Positions 13,284-27,875 of a stretch of DNA of 64,000 nt are shown here, in pieces. Source of the stretch: Haliotis rufescens (lineage: Eukaryota); contig NW_025963935.1 of NCBI RefSeq assembly GCF_023055435.1, forward strand, positions 7,626,001 through 7,690,000. The letters run 5' to 3'. The first letter of the stretch is position 1, and every line of letters starts with the position of its first letter. A model generated the notes under the pieces. That model was not told the origin of the DNA. It saw only the letters and a list, made by a program, of their open reading frames with translations, and made no database searches. Both the position numbers and the translations under genes were made by a program.

Positions 13284-15985
13284 CATCTGTCATCTCACAC
13301 CAGGACATCTCTATGACATCCAAGATAGAGGTGAGTCATCTCACACCAGGACATCTGTTTGACATCCCAGGTAGAGGTGAGTCATCTCCAACAAAGGCAT
13401 CTGTACTGTATGAGATCCCAGATAGAGGAGACTCATCTCACACTAGGACGTATGTATGAGATCCCAGATAGAGGTGAGTCATGTCACGCTAGGACATCTG
13501 TTTGACATCCCAGAGAGACGTCATCCATCTCACACGAGGACATATGTATGAGATTCCAGATCAAGTTGAGTCATCTCACACCAGGACATCTGTATGAGAT
13601 CCCAGTTAGAGGTGAGTCATCTCACATCAGCACATCTGTAAGAGATCTCCGATAGAGGTGAACCTTTTCACACCAGGACATCTGCATGAGATTTCAGATA
13701 GAGGTGAGTCATCTCACACCAGGACATGTGCATGACATCCCAGATAGAGGCGAGTCATCTCACACCAGGACACATGTATGAGATCCAAGAGAGAGGTGAA
13801 TCATTTCACACCAGGACACATGAATGAGATCCCAGATAGAGGTGAATCATCTCACACCAGGACAGATGTATGACATCCCTGATAGAGGTGAGTCATCTCA
13901 CACCAGGGCACCTGTATGAGATCCCAGACAGAGTTGAGTCATCTCACACTAGCACATATGTATGAGGTCCTAGATAGAGATGAGTAATCTCACACCAGTA
14001 CATCTGCATGAGATCCCACACAGAGGACAGCCATCACACTCGAGGACATATGTATGAGATCCCACATGGAGGTGAGGTCCCAGATAGAAGTGAGTCATCT
14101 CACACCAGGACATCTGCATGAGATCCCAAACAGAGGTGAGACATCTTACACAAGGACATCTGTATGAGATCCCAGATAGAGGTGAGTCATCTCACACGAA
14201 AACATCTGTATGAAATCCGAAAGAGAGGTGAGCAATCTCGTACCAGGATATTTTTATGACATCCCAGGTAGAGGTGAGACATCTCACACCAGGACATCTG
14301 TAGGAGATCCCAGATTGAGGTGAGTCATCCCCCACGAGGACATCTGTATGACATCCCAGATAGAGGTGAGTCATCCCCCACGAGGACATCTGTATGACAT
14401 CCCAGATAGAGGTGAGTCATCCCCCACGAGGACATCTGTATGAGATCCTAGATTGAGGTAAGTCATCCCCCACGAGGACATCTGTATGAGATCCCAGAAA
14501 GAATTGAGCCATGTCACACCAGGACATCTGTATGATATCCAACATAGAGGTCAGCCATCTCACACGAGGACATATGTATGAGAACCAAAACAGGGAGTAG
14601 AGGCATCTCACACCAGGACATCCGTATGAGATCCCAAACAGAGGTGAGTCATCTCACACCAGGACGTCTACATGAGTTCCCAGATAGAGGTGAGTCATCT
14701 CGTACCAGGACATCTGTATGAGATCCCACATAGAGGTGAGTCATCTCACACCAGGACATCTGTGTGCAGTCCACGATAGAGGTGAGTCATCTCGTACCAA
14801 GACATCTGTATGAGATCCCAAACAGAGGTAAGTAATCTCACACAAGGACATATGTATGCTATCCCAGACAGAGGTAAGTAATCTCACACAAGGACATCTG
14901 CATGATATCCCAGACAGAGGTGAGTCATCTCGTACCAGGACAACTGTATGAGATCGCAAATAGAGGTGAGTCATCTCACACGAAAACATCTGTATGAGAT
15001 CCCAGATAGAGGAAAGTTATCTTAAACAAGGACATCTGTATGAGATTCCAGACAGAGGTGAGTCATCTCACACAAGGACATCGGTATAAGATCCCAGATA
15101 GAGGTGAGCCATCTCACACGAGGACATATATATGAGATCCAACATGTAGGTGAGGCATCTCACACCAGGACATCCGTATGAGATCCCAAACAGAGGTGAG
15201 TCATCTCACACCAGGACGTCTGTATGAGTTCCAAGATAGAGGTGAGTCATCTCGTACCAGGACATTTGTATGAGATCCTAAATAGAGGTAAGTCATCTCA
15301 CACCAGGACATCGGTATGAGATCCCAAACAGAGGTAAGTCATCTCACACCAGGACGTCTGTATGAGTTCCAAGATAGAGGTGAGTCATCTCGTACCAGGA
15401 CATCTGTATGAGATCCCACATAGAGGTAAGTCATCTCACACCCGGACATCGGTATGAGATCCCAAACAGAGGTAAGTAATCTCACACAAGGACAACTGTA
15501 TGAGATCGCAAATAGAGGTGAGTCACACTGTAAGAGATCCGAAACAGAGGAAAGTTATCTTAAACCAGGTCATCCGTATGAGATTCCAGAGAGAGGTGAG
15601 TCATCTCACACCAGGACATCGGTATGAGATCCCAGATGGAGGTGAGCCATGTCACACCAGGACATATGTATGATATCCTAGATAGAGCTCGAGGTGAGTC
15701 ATCTCACACCAGGACATCGGTATGAGATCCTAGATAGAGGTGAGCCATGTCACAGGAGGACATCTGTATCACATCCGAGAAAAAGGTCAGCTATTTCAAA
15801 CCAGGACATCTGTATGAGGTCCAACATGGAGGTGAGGCATCTCACACCAGGACATCTGTATGAGATCTCAGGTAGAGGTGAGTCATCTCACACCAGGACA
15901 TCTGTATGAGATCTCAGATAGAGGTGAGTCATCTCACACGAAAACATCGGTATGAGATCCGAAACAGAGGTGAGTCATCTTACAA
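13284..15985 (-). repeat. 46-bp satellite array, opposite orientation to 1-2710
   Basis: gaggtgagtcatctcacaccaggacatctgtatgagatcccagata periodicity. Confidence 0.97.
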
Positions 15986-16032
15986 CAGGCCCCGGGATCA
16001 TGAAACTAACTTAAGACCACATTTTGTCTTAA

Positions 16033-19000
16033 CCCTCATGGTGCCTGGACGTCAGTCAGCTTGCAAACCGCTCAGTGCCGCACTGTGCTGACGTCGTGGT
16101 AACAAAAACGTATACATTGTATCAAAAATGTTGCAACGTCTTTATTTCTTCACACAGTGTAACACAATTGTATAACATGCAACTCGAGTTGATTGTCTTT
16201 CCATCAGTATCTCAAGTCACAAAATCCAAAAGATCTATGCACTGCCTAGCCATCGATAAATCTGCTGGTATTATAAGTTTCCTACTTTTCCACATTAATC
16301 GTAATATGGAAGCACCCGAATATGGCAAGCAAAGTCAAGTAAGCGCCCTTGTTTGAAATCTAAATGACCAATAATTCATATCATTGGCAAGTACTTCTCC
16401 TAACAGTGATAGACATAGGATATTTATGTTGAAGTACACATTCACTGAGAATTTTCCGTGAGTTATACCTACCTATAATAAATCCCGATGAAATTGTGCG
16501 TGTTTTTGACGTCAAAATATAATTGACGGAAGTGGTCGTGATTAATTCATACGCAGACTGTTTCAAAAGATTTTGTCACAAAACGAATGACAGTTTGGAA
16601 TGTATATCTTGAAGAAATCCCGGTTACGTCCATGTATGTTTCAATGACCGTGCTCTTTTATTAGTAATAAAAACAACTTCGGGGTAATTGACATCGTACA
16701 TTTTCAAAGGACAAAATGTGAAAGATCGCTAAACAGCCCTAACAATACTCAAATTGACATAGCTCAATATCGGGCATCATTATTATTTCTTAATAATTAA
16801 CAAGATTATACTAACATACTACCATCCAAGAGTAAGTACATGTAGATTCAATCGAAATTGTTCAAACGTTTTCATGGGCAGCAAATCTATTCAACAAACC
16901 TATTTTCGATCACTCGCAACTCGGCGCTATATGTCATTGTTTCACTATGACCACCAGAAAACATATATCCTCGTATCAGCTGGTATTTCGCACTTGGCTG
17001 CCTAACTTAGACCTTTGCTCAAAATATACTTGTATGGCCAGTCCATGAAATACCACTTTTTCTTCCAGTTATTCATTTGATTTATAAATACGACTTTAGA
17101 AGTGTATTTACACCTAGCTAGGTATGTACATGTACATTTAAGGACATACGTGATAGTTTATTTCCACTAGTTTCCCATTCCATCCAATTCTACTTAAGGA
17201 AAAGTTTGAAATAGATAATGATCGTAGGTCAATGAAAGTAATGGAATTATTTGTCATAAAAGGAAAAATATATTCTTGGTATTGAACTTCAAAAAATTTA
17301 TCCAGCAAAATCTTTAATAAAAATGGTTTATTATGTCTTTCCTTTTTTCTGAATTTTGGCCTAGCTAAACTACAGCTTGGAGGGAAGATATACAAATTAA
17401 AATGGTGAAAAAAAACCACAAGAATGCATTGATTTTGCTCTTAGACAAATATTTATTTTAAAAAAAATCTATTTCATACTAAGTATACAAAACAAAGTAG
17501 AATCTAATTACTACTATGTCAATGGTCGAAGTATTTGGTAAATATAACTATATAAAACATCAAAACGAAACCACATTTACACTGAAAACTTTTTGTCTTT
17601 CAGAAATTGATTATCTATATATTGTGAGTAGATCTAATCACTTTTACTGTTCATGTTATAAATTGAACCATTCGAGATTCCAATAGATGAAGCTAAAATA
17701 TTAAAAATCTAGGTTGTTTGATATTGGATCCAATTTGACAGCTTTCTCACTGTACTCAACTAAATGCACATTATTTTTTTGGAATATCAAGCCTTCAAAT
17801 AGATATGAAAAGCACATGTCAACATACCAAAATTAGAAAACTGCGCCAAATATTCTAACCACTGTTATTCAGATGATAAGTGGTCTTATTCACTCGTCGG
17901 TCGCCGTAGACATTTTCAAATCGTGATGTACTAGATATGCTTTTTAGTTTAGTCAAAGAGAATATTGTTATTTGGAAAATGAAACCACGTGTATCCATTA
18001 TACTACCACAACATTAGATCAGCTGTTTCATTTGACGTCATCCACGTCACAACACGCGAGGTCAAATCACGCGCACCTGTCCAGACGACAAATTCACAGC
18101 GGCGGGAAATCACCGACCGTCTATTAGACTATTTGAATAAAATTGCAGATTGCAACGAAATAAAATTAATTATACTCATTGCTGACGTTTCAGATGACAT
18201 ATCAAATAATTATCATACCTTAATCGAGAGTACAGTGTACATAAATAATTTGTAAACCTAATATTTATTTTTGATCTAATAACCATGGCAGAATGTTTGA
18301 AAACGAGCTATAATATATTCCATTTTCTGAAGAGATTAGTAATGTGTATTTGATGATATATATGCATACACAATTGGTTATCAATTATCTTCTACACTTA
18401 CAGCATGTACCATGTACATTAGACTCATGGAAAATACTATTTCAGCAAACCAATCACAGCGCCATTATCACAGTTTCAATGAAAGGAAAAACAAATCGAA
18501 ATCGAACTTAACAGCACACCGTATCCATAAGCGGTTAATCCAAATGCAAAAAGGTATTGATGTCATCATTGTAGAAGTAGTTGCATTATGTTTGTATCGC
18601 GTGTACCATCGACAGAAACGGGGGCCGATCTACCACATGTTGAACCGACCTTGACACAATCTGTTTACAATATATGGCGTCGACTCACGTCAGATGTCGT
18701 GGCCACACTTTTGAAATCTCCATTTGCGACAAAATGTGAAACAGTTAGGGCAAGTCACTCACACGGTCAGGTAGTTTGAGCAATCACACATGACTCTAGG
18801 TCATTTCATATGAAAAAAAGTAGCAGTTATTTGTCTGAACGGGCGAGTATGTAGGACAACCCGTAAACAAGAAATCGCGGCACAGATATGATGCGAACGT
18901 GCCCTGTCGATCACTTCGGGCTTGGCCATTCAATGTTTAAGTTTTGATCATGAACATAAATATACACTATACCAACTTAATATTAACGATTATAGCTATC

Positions 19001-20021
19001 TTTTCATATCTTTGATTTGAATATTTTCTGTAAATCAGCATCATAAACAAAAAGACAATCTGCACTGTCGGTTGGTATGTAGCGCCGCGCTAAATCGCCA
19101 TGACACACAGTCGATAAACATATGCAATACTTGAACAAAAAACTTCAATGCCGACTAAACGTTAGTACTCTTACGCCAATAACTGTACAGTGGGGACTAG
19201 TAAATCTTTCTGACCAGTCCGATCAGATTTCTTTTTCAAATTGGCTGTCTGATATAATAATATATAGTTACGTGTTTGTGACATGGGTGCATAATAAAAA
19301 ATTGCCTTCATTCGCATGAAGTTCAACATGGCAGAAAAAGATCGGGAAGCGTGGTAACCACATTACTAATCTCGCCATATTTCGCAATCCGTAGCACTGC
19401 ATAAAATATGAGTTACACGTTATTAACGTTGAGATGATAAGGGTGATGATGGTTATAAATTCATTCAATGAACGTCATAAATGTAATGGAAATATACACT
19501 GTCGTTTTCTCATGTGTACCGACAATTCCGCCACCACCGATAGTCGATAAAAATATACAAAACGTGTAAATTAACTTGTTCATAAAGGAGTGAACAGAAT
19601 TGTCTTTACGTGAATAAGTATACAGTTGGGAAAAATGTGTTTTTCTGACCAACCAGGTCATATATTTTCTTATGAACAAGGATTTTGTCTGAAATTATTT
19701 ACGTGTATGTGACATGGGTGCATAATCAAAATTTGCCCCCATTCGCTTGGTGTTGCAAACATGGCAGAAAAAGGCCGAGAAGAGCGGTAGCCACTTTACT
19801 AATCTCGCCATATTTCGCAATCCGTACCATTGTATAAAGTGTGAGTTACACGACGTTAAAGCTAAGATGATTGGGGTGATGATGGTTATAGTTTTACTCA
19901 GTGTTAAATATCAAAATTCACAGTTTAAAAAGGGCATTTTCTCGGGACCATATGTGGTCCCCTGGCACTATGCGGGTGTGAAAAGTGAGAGACCATATAT
20001 GGTCCCGTGGCACCAAGAGGG
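16033..20021 (+). mobile_element. piggyBac-like non-autonomous element (~4 kb)
   Basis: TTAA|ccctcatggtgcc ... ggcaccaagaggg|TAAA (12/13 TIR match, CCC termini); subterminal palindromes gggaccatatgtggtccc and gaccatatatggtc; no transposase seen. Confidence 0.7.
17138..18000. mobile_element. possible nested Kolobok-like MITE
   Basis: ttaaggacatacgtgatagtttatttcc vs imperfect inverted end ggaaaatgaaaccacgtgtatccatta; AT-rich interior. Confidence 0.35.
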
Positions 20022-20025
20022 TAAA

Positions 20026-20170
20026 CCCTCATGGTGCCTGGACGTCAGTCAGCCTGCAAACCGCTCAGTGCTGCACTGTGATGATCTCGAGGTTACAAAA
20101 ACGTATACATTGTTTAAAAAGTGTAACAACGTTCTTATTTCTTCACACAACGTTACGAAATTATACGACA
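20026..20170 (+). mobile_element. left end of a second head-to-tail copy of the piggyBac-like element (right end not found)
   Basis: ccctcatggtgcctggacgtcagtcagc...ttcttcacaca is a diverged repeat of 16033-16160. Confidence 0.75.
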
Positions 20171-23100
20171 TAACAGATCTTTAAATTGCCTTTCGGTGAG
20201 TCTAAAAGTAGTTGCAAAATGAGTTTATTGTCATTCTGGTGCCATCGTTGAAAGTGTGAGTAGTCCTAATTTCGTGTTTTTCTTACTTTTTGTGAATATT
20301 GAAACATCCCCGAGACCACATGAACACCGGTACTGTGTCTTTGTCATAAATATATGTTATTTGAAATGAATAACATTTGGCAGGAAATACCTTCATGGTT
20401 CTAACCATATGACATTTATTTAGATGTGTTCCGAAACAGAGATATGCGCATGAATGATTGGACTTGTAAATAATCGAGAGAAAACATATCAGTTTTCACG
20501 ACGTCAAAGCAAATTACGGGAAGTTGACATGAACTGTTTTCCATGTAAAATGCTTCATTGATTTGGTTTACACAAAGGATATTTTGTAGCACCACACCTG
20601 AAAGAAATCTGTGTGAGGCTATGCAAATTTTAATGTAATTAATCGTCTGTGAAAATTACAAGTCGTTACAATATTTACCGATGTAAATTTTTTTGGTCAT
20701 GTTTACCTCATACAATCTTCGGCGCACGCTGGTCACGAATACGGATTTAAATAAATGATATTTTCTTATTTTAAACAGACACTTCCAACCTAACGTCCCT
20801 CAATTACGTGTTATCCGAATTTTGTTAACAAATAATAAACGGGACAGCGAGTAACACCACACAGACTGCACGTACTATTTCTCGAACTCAAATGGCCGCC
20901 ACTTTTATGTCAATTTTGACAAACTCAGTATTCGGGACATGTAGGCCTATTGTATGAATGTACCGTACTTATTTGACATTACATGCAATCAATAATAGTA
21001 AACATAAAGATATCTGCACAATAATCAGGCGTTTGATTATCCGTCCTGGTTAACTTTTCGACTGATATTCGTTTCAGCATTCAATTCCAAATTTCACTTG
21101 CCGATCGCTTGCCAACTTGTACCCGTGTCCAACTCGTGTCTTGCTCTCACATGACATAAACATTTAACGTGATCCCTCATGCAAATGGTTCGATAAAACT
21201 ACCACTGATCGAGCATCTAAGGGGTAAGTTCTGATATCCCCCACCGGTTATCTTTATGGGTTTGCACATTTGAGTACCGCCGAAGCCAAAATGAAATTTG
21301 ACCAAGACGACATGTGATATCTTGACCATCCTGTCAAATTGTCCGATTGACTATTTTCTCGTGATAATTCGCGCGACTTGGCATTGCATTCAGCGCAGAA
21401 GACCAGTTACACATAGGCGATGTAAATAAACTATGTTGGGAATAATATCCAAAATTTTATTGAGTGTTAGGTAAAAAAATGACTATATTTATCTGATTTA
21501 GTAGGTGAGACCGGGGTGCAATTTGTATTATCCAGTCTATATCCCAATTGAATTGGATTAAAAAAGAGTTAGACACATCTTCTTATCAACACCTTAATAA
21601 TGAATCACTGAACAAAATAATTAGTTCACAAACATGAAATTAACTGAGACACTGATTTTTTAATTAAAAAAACCCCCCGTCCCAATGCATCCCTAGGTGG
21701 ATTGTGACATTAAAGACATGGATAGATAGATGTTGTCTGTATGTAACTAGTTATAGTTCAGGACTCTATAACTTCACAAAGAAACAACTACTTAAATATC
21801 AGACTACAACTAATTCTTTGACCGGAAGATATATGCAGATCAGCTCAATAAGCTTAACTGGAAGGTCAAGGAGACCAGTCATTGAACCTACAAGAAAAGT
21901 ATCTTTCATTGATATTTCATCAAATTTCAAGAAACAAATGCAAAGTAAATGTCAAAGTAATGTCATTTTGAATTCATAATAATGATTACAGGCTGGTCAT
22001 TTAGAATCACATGTTTGGGGTGCACCTCGGTATCCCCTTTTTTTAAGAGATGAATTTAACAATTAGATTAATACTTAATGCCATCCTATTGCAAAATGTT
22101 TATAAATTAATTGTTATTTTAGAGTAATATATAAGTTATGGTTAACAACAGTCACTGCTCAAGATTATTTAAAAAAGGATATGAAGAGTTATCCCCCCCT
22201 TGACCTTCAGTAATAATTATTGCATTTGTCAATGGATAACAACAAATGAACGTTACCTGTGCCTATTTCTAATGCTCCAAGATAAACTAGTTATATACCA
22301 TGTCAACCAAACCTCTGAAAGAATTTTAAATAATTATAAACTATTAGCATATTTCCTTGTGATTTAGATTGATGAGCCTTTGAGCCTACAGCCAACATTC
22401 CTTTCTTGGTGCCGAGATGAAAACACTACTTCACACCTCTTCTATGGGTCGCCGTTTTTACCAGAATGCAACGTGAGCATCAGTTCCTGTCTGTGACCAA
22501 CTCGCAATTGATCCATCACACAAGGCCCCAACTCGTGTCGTTGCACCCATAGCTGAATACATTGCCGTCACTTCCAGGGGTCATTCTTTTACCGCATACA
22601 TTACACCAGCATCTGTTCTGGTTTGAGTCCAACTCACCTGATTCGAACTGGCTTCTTTCGGTCCGAGATGAATAGACTCTATACAAATCAATATGTTTCC
22701 ATTTTGTGAACCTTACTGTCAACTATCGGCAAATCAAGCCTGTCCTAGACACGCCAGAGGCCGATATTGTGAGCATCGAAATACAATATCCAATCAACCA
22801 AATCACACAATCTACCAAATAACCGAGCCTGACCATTCGATCCAATTTAGGCGTATCTTCCTTCTAGCAATAGTATTGCACTGACAAAAATGCAGGTGAT
22901 TGCGGTCCAGCTGTCTCTTCTTTACCCAGTTATATAACATCTTGTTTTGATATTGAAATGGTTTTCATTGAAACCCCTTTACCCTCGCAATGATAGCCTT
23001 GCAGGGCATTTCATTATCAGAGATCGCACAGTGAAGTGAAGTCGTCAGCAGAGTTCCATGGTATGGATCTGATCTCAGGTCAGACGCCATGTTCACATGA

Positions 23101-26100
23101 CCATCTTGGTTAAACCCGTCAGCAAAGTGACAAGGAAATTATGTTATCAGTGTGCTCCACGTCCAGTTACATAAAGATGCCAGATGCCCTGGTTCCCTAT
23201 GGTGGCTCCAGCTTGTGCATGGCTAAGGATCCAGTGTCGTCACAGAAGCTGCCATTGTCCCCTTAGGCATTGTCCTCCTGGAATATGTTGTGGTCCTTAC
23301 ACTAAAACTAGCCTTGGTACGGGTCACATTTGGGTGGTAGTACACCTATAGGTGTGTTCTTTGGTTCAAATCTGGCGATATCGAGGGTCATACGAGGATA
23401 TTTTCAGTTTAGTTCTGTATAAAGGCTGTTGTTTCACATGCGGTAAGTAGCCTGGCAGTGTCGTGTTGACAGATAGCATAGTTCATAGTGGGGAATATGT
23501 TCGGTTGTTGGATACCGTGGGCCACGAACATATGCCTCGCCACAAGTATGTGTGTAAGATGTGACACGAGTGGACATTTTGCTTTGGACAGTAAAATCGG
23601 AGGGAAGAGAGGCGAGTGAAAGCTCTGAGAAAAGGGAAAAGATTGAAAGAATAATACTTAACCCATTACAAGGATAGATAGATATGATGTTAATAAATCA
23701 TTGGTTTAATCATCACGCAGGTAATTTTTCTGCCACAAATCCTGACGTTGAGATAGCATGTATGTAGAGATTGCGATAAGGCATCCAGGCAAGTAGTAGG
23801 AATCCCCTCCTTGATGATAATTATTTTTGTATGTATACTAGTGAAAACATCTCTCGGATTGGCAAAATCAAAACTTAAAATACTCTGTCGTTGTTGATTT
23901 CTATCGGTTTTTCTGCACGAAATGTATTGCCACACATCCTTTGAATTTTGCAGTAACCGTAACTTTTCATTTTGTAACCTACATGGGTAGATATAATTAT
24001 TTAAATACGCCTACCGACAATGATTAAAAATGTTGTATTCTATGAATATTAGCTTCCGCGGTGATGCGGTCGTCAAATCAGCTGTTTTAATCAGAGGGGG
24101 TTTATTGTGATTTAATAGCCTCTGACTGACCAATCAGAATCGAGTAATTCCCAAATGCATGGTTGGAAACGAAGGCTGTAGTATGGAGGTTGCTTGGCCC
24201 ACCACTTTTCGATTCTGTTGCATGTAGTCTCTCCTGTAACATATGAATTGTTGCTTTGGATACTATAGAGACGTCTAGCAATGACGTCTTATCTCACGGT
24301 GAGCATACATACACAACCCTTACCATTGGGTGCAGTCTATTCTGGAAATTTTGAAAAACGGATTTTCTCAAGACGATTCAAAGGTCAAACCTACTAAAAG
24401 TCTTTTATACATGTGTTGTCTACATGATGCTGTGATCGTGGGCCTGAATGGCGGGCAAATGTAAGTGCTGTGTGGGGTTGTTTTCACTCGACCTGATGAC
24501 CACCCAATAATTAGAACTGTGTTTTATCATTGACGATTCTGCAACACTGTGAAGTAAAGGAATATAGGTGAAGTTCTTTTACTATAAACTTGTGTAATCT
24601 ACAGAAAGGGAACTCTTAATTCTAGTATCCTAGTGGTGAATCAAGGTTGGAATAGTCACTAACAACAATTATGCATGTTTGTCGTAACAGGCGACAGAAT
24701 GGAAAGTCACAATAACGTATGGTAATGATATGATCGGAATCTCACAAAACAGTTATCATGTATCAACGACATTGGTCTTTTACTGAAGCATTTTCGATAT
24801 AGCGCATATATTCAGGAGGTTAATCAGTGGCCTTTGTTCACTATTTTATAAAAAAAAAACTAATTTGTGCAGAAATTAAGTAATTCTACCCGAATTAAGA
24901 AATTAATTGTTCGGGTGACTGTTGAATTAAGCAAAGACATTGTCAACAACTAATACATTATGAAAAAAAAAAATTAATGCAAAATTCTTTCTGATATTTC
25001 TGATATATATTAAAAGCGATAAGATAATGTCCTTAATCTTATATCTTCACTGAAAGAGGAGTTCACAAATATTCTCCAGTAGAACTAGAATATATAGTTT
25101 TTATTGGCCGAGTTTATTTATCTATTTGGCTATTTTGATTGTGCAGCTTACAATAGCAGCATGGTGGTTACAAGTGTGTTCAATCAATATTCCGGCAACA
25201 CGTGCAATACAACTGTTCTGAGCTGAAATATTATCAGGTTTTTGTCAACGAAATACATTTCACATGCTATCGCACACAGTGAAGCGACTGTAAAATGAGT
25301 ATTTCAGAGAATCCAGTATCATTTCCGAATAATATATCGTCTTGCAGGTGAACCCCCTGAGTGTTACAAAACAAGAGTCAACACCTTCTTGACTGCTCTC
25401 CAAAGCTTCTCCGATGCAGTACAGACTGTCAAGGCCGACGCTCCACAAGACTCTCCGGATCGTAGGTCTTTTACAATCACCAACAAGTATTTTCTTTATT
25501 GCAATATCATTATATATCCAGAAACGATAAATTCACTGACCTACTGCTGATGTGGCTTGAACCTTGCTCTACAGACATCTAAGATAAGGTGGCAGATTCA
25601 GCGGGTTTCAATCAGGCCATTAAACGCTACTTGAGAAATGTGTTATTATTCATCTAAACTAAGTCAACAATAACTGATTATTGTTATTACAAAGAGGCAG
25701 TTTTACACAGCGAAGGTTCTAGTGCAGAGAACTTGTGCAGCTATAAGTAAAAGGAGGACACGTGTTTTAAATTTGGATAGTTCATGTTCATGACGTAACA
25801 ACCCTGACATCAGAAAGTACATAGAAATATGTAATCTTTAACTTGTAGTGTTTTGGTCTATCCTTTCTGGACGTTGTGCGTGGTGCGTGAGCTGATTGCC
25901 TTACATGACTAGAAAAGATACCACATACCCGGAATCTGTGTAACATAGTCAAGATGCATGTAGACATATCAGCAAATAAATACCAACTCATGAGATAATG
26001 TGGCTCACCCGGTTATGGTCTTACAGTCGTTACTTAAATCAAGTTTCAAAATGGTATGCCAGCGCAAACAAAACCATGTCTTGTTGACTTTAAGTTGCTG

Positions 26101-27375
26101 CTGTACTTGAAGGTACCGGTGCGGTGTTTGTGGCGTCGTGTGATGGAACTGATGTTGTCGTCGTGGATCCCAATGGCTTCATCCAAAATTGCATCACTAC
26201 AACTGAAAATGTCGATGGATGGACATTGCCTGGCCCCCCCGACGCGATGTCCGACTATGCATCATCTTACTACGAAAACGCTGGTTTTGATTAGAGTCGT
26301 ATGTAAAGCCATGCCATCCGGAATGGATACAACCTTAATAACAGCGCCTGGTACGTTTGTGAGCATTATGTATTTTTGTTCAAAATAACTTATCAATTTG
26401 TATGTTGAGAAAGTACCCCTGTTTGGACATGCAAAGCATCCCTTGTTCAAAATCACTTATGTTGCGAGTGGAGAGTTTGGGATGACAATCATTCAATGTC
26501 CCAGAAAAGGAACCGATGTGATTTTAGAATTGATGACTTTGTGGGAACTTTGTAGATACACATAAACAAAAACATACGAGAATGTATTGTCCTGTGATAC
26601 AGCAGATGCTCACCACGGAGATGACGACTTAGGTAAAGAATTGCGGAGTTATGCCCCTTTTTGTCATGTTTTGACGTCATAGCGTAAAATTTGTTTTCAC
26701 AACATAAAACAAGTACGTTTTCATGACGAATGTGTCACGTTTTACAAAATCGGACAATTGTAATATATCTGTCATGATGTTGTTCGGATATATGACAGTA
26801 TTTTGTTCATTCACAGTTTACATAAAGCTGTCAAATAAACTGTACTTTTTCTATGTACGATCTAATAAGGCTACATATTTTAGAGGCTTTTTCGTTAGCA
26901 AAACAGAAACTTGGACAACATTTAACACTTTTTGCTTTTAAAACCAGTCTTTAATTGTCCATCATGGGGGTAAAAATTCAATAATATACAAGTCCGTTGT
27001 CAGACTTTGGTCCAGCGCGACCGCAATTCTCGGGCAGCGTTGATTTTTCGAAACTATATGCGTCTGAACATTAACTCGGCAACCAGGATTCCAGCAATAA
27101 TTTAATTAATCACAAGCTTTTTGTCAGATATCTCGCGAGACCCGTGTTGTATGCAACTCGCCGCAGTGTGAAAGCCGACTTGTATACAATTTCAGTTCGT
27201 GCAACTAATTGCATACAACAAGTTGTATACAACTACCCCTTTAGGAGATTAAATAACTGTAATATCGTATTACATTATACACTTCTGTTTCTGAAAGTAA
27301 TTGGAAAGACACTGCTTTGATCCTGCCATATTCTTATAACTACCCTATTACACTTTTACATGTGATCTATACAAG

Positions 27376-27607
27376 TAAGTGAGTGAGTGGGTGGGTGAGT
27401 AGGATTTAATGCCACTTTTAACAGTATTCCAGTTATATCACGGTGTGTCAGCTTAATTTGGGAGGAAAGCCCGAAGAGGTGCAGGTCTCAGATGTTTATA
27501 GGTGCGTACCGGATTCGAACCCACAATCATAGGTTTCTAGTGCCCAAGGGACGCAACTCTGCACAGCGAATCGCGGCGACTTAGATGACTGGGCCACCCG
27601 TGCCCCC
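27376..27607 (-). mobile_element. SINE family 2, internally deleted; same insertion as 36910-37195
   Basis: same ctatacaag TSD in both arms. Confidence 0.9.
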
Positions 27608-27875
27608 TTCTATACAAGCAAACGGTCCATTGTTTGATACCTTTATTGAAACTTTTATTCTTTATCAGCCCAAGTCTTAATTTGTCATTGATTTGTTGTC
27701 AGGGACAGCACAAAGCATTACTGGCGTTGCCTTCAATCCTGCCAACGGAGGCTTCCTTTATCTAGCCCTTACCCAGACTTTTCGTCAGAATGGTATCTAT
27801 TCCTTAAACAGAGCAGGCATCGCCACCACACTTGTCTTCTCATATGATGGCGATACTGGCAACATTTATATTTGT

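Noticed and set aside
24400-24475. Candidate exon ending in aat|gtaagt in the left arm
   Set aside because: The right (intact) arm has ataagt, so the donor is not shared; no sensible frame
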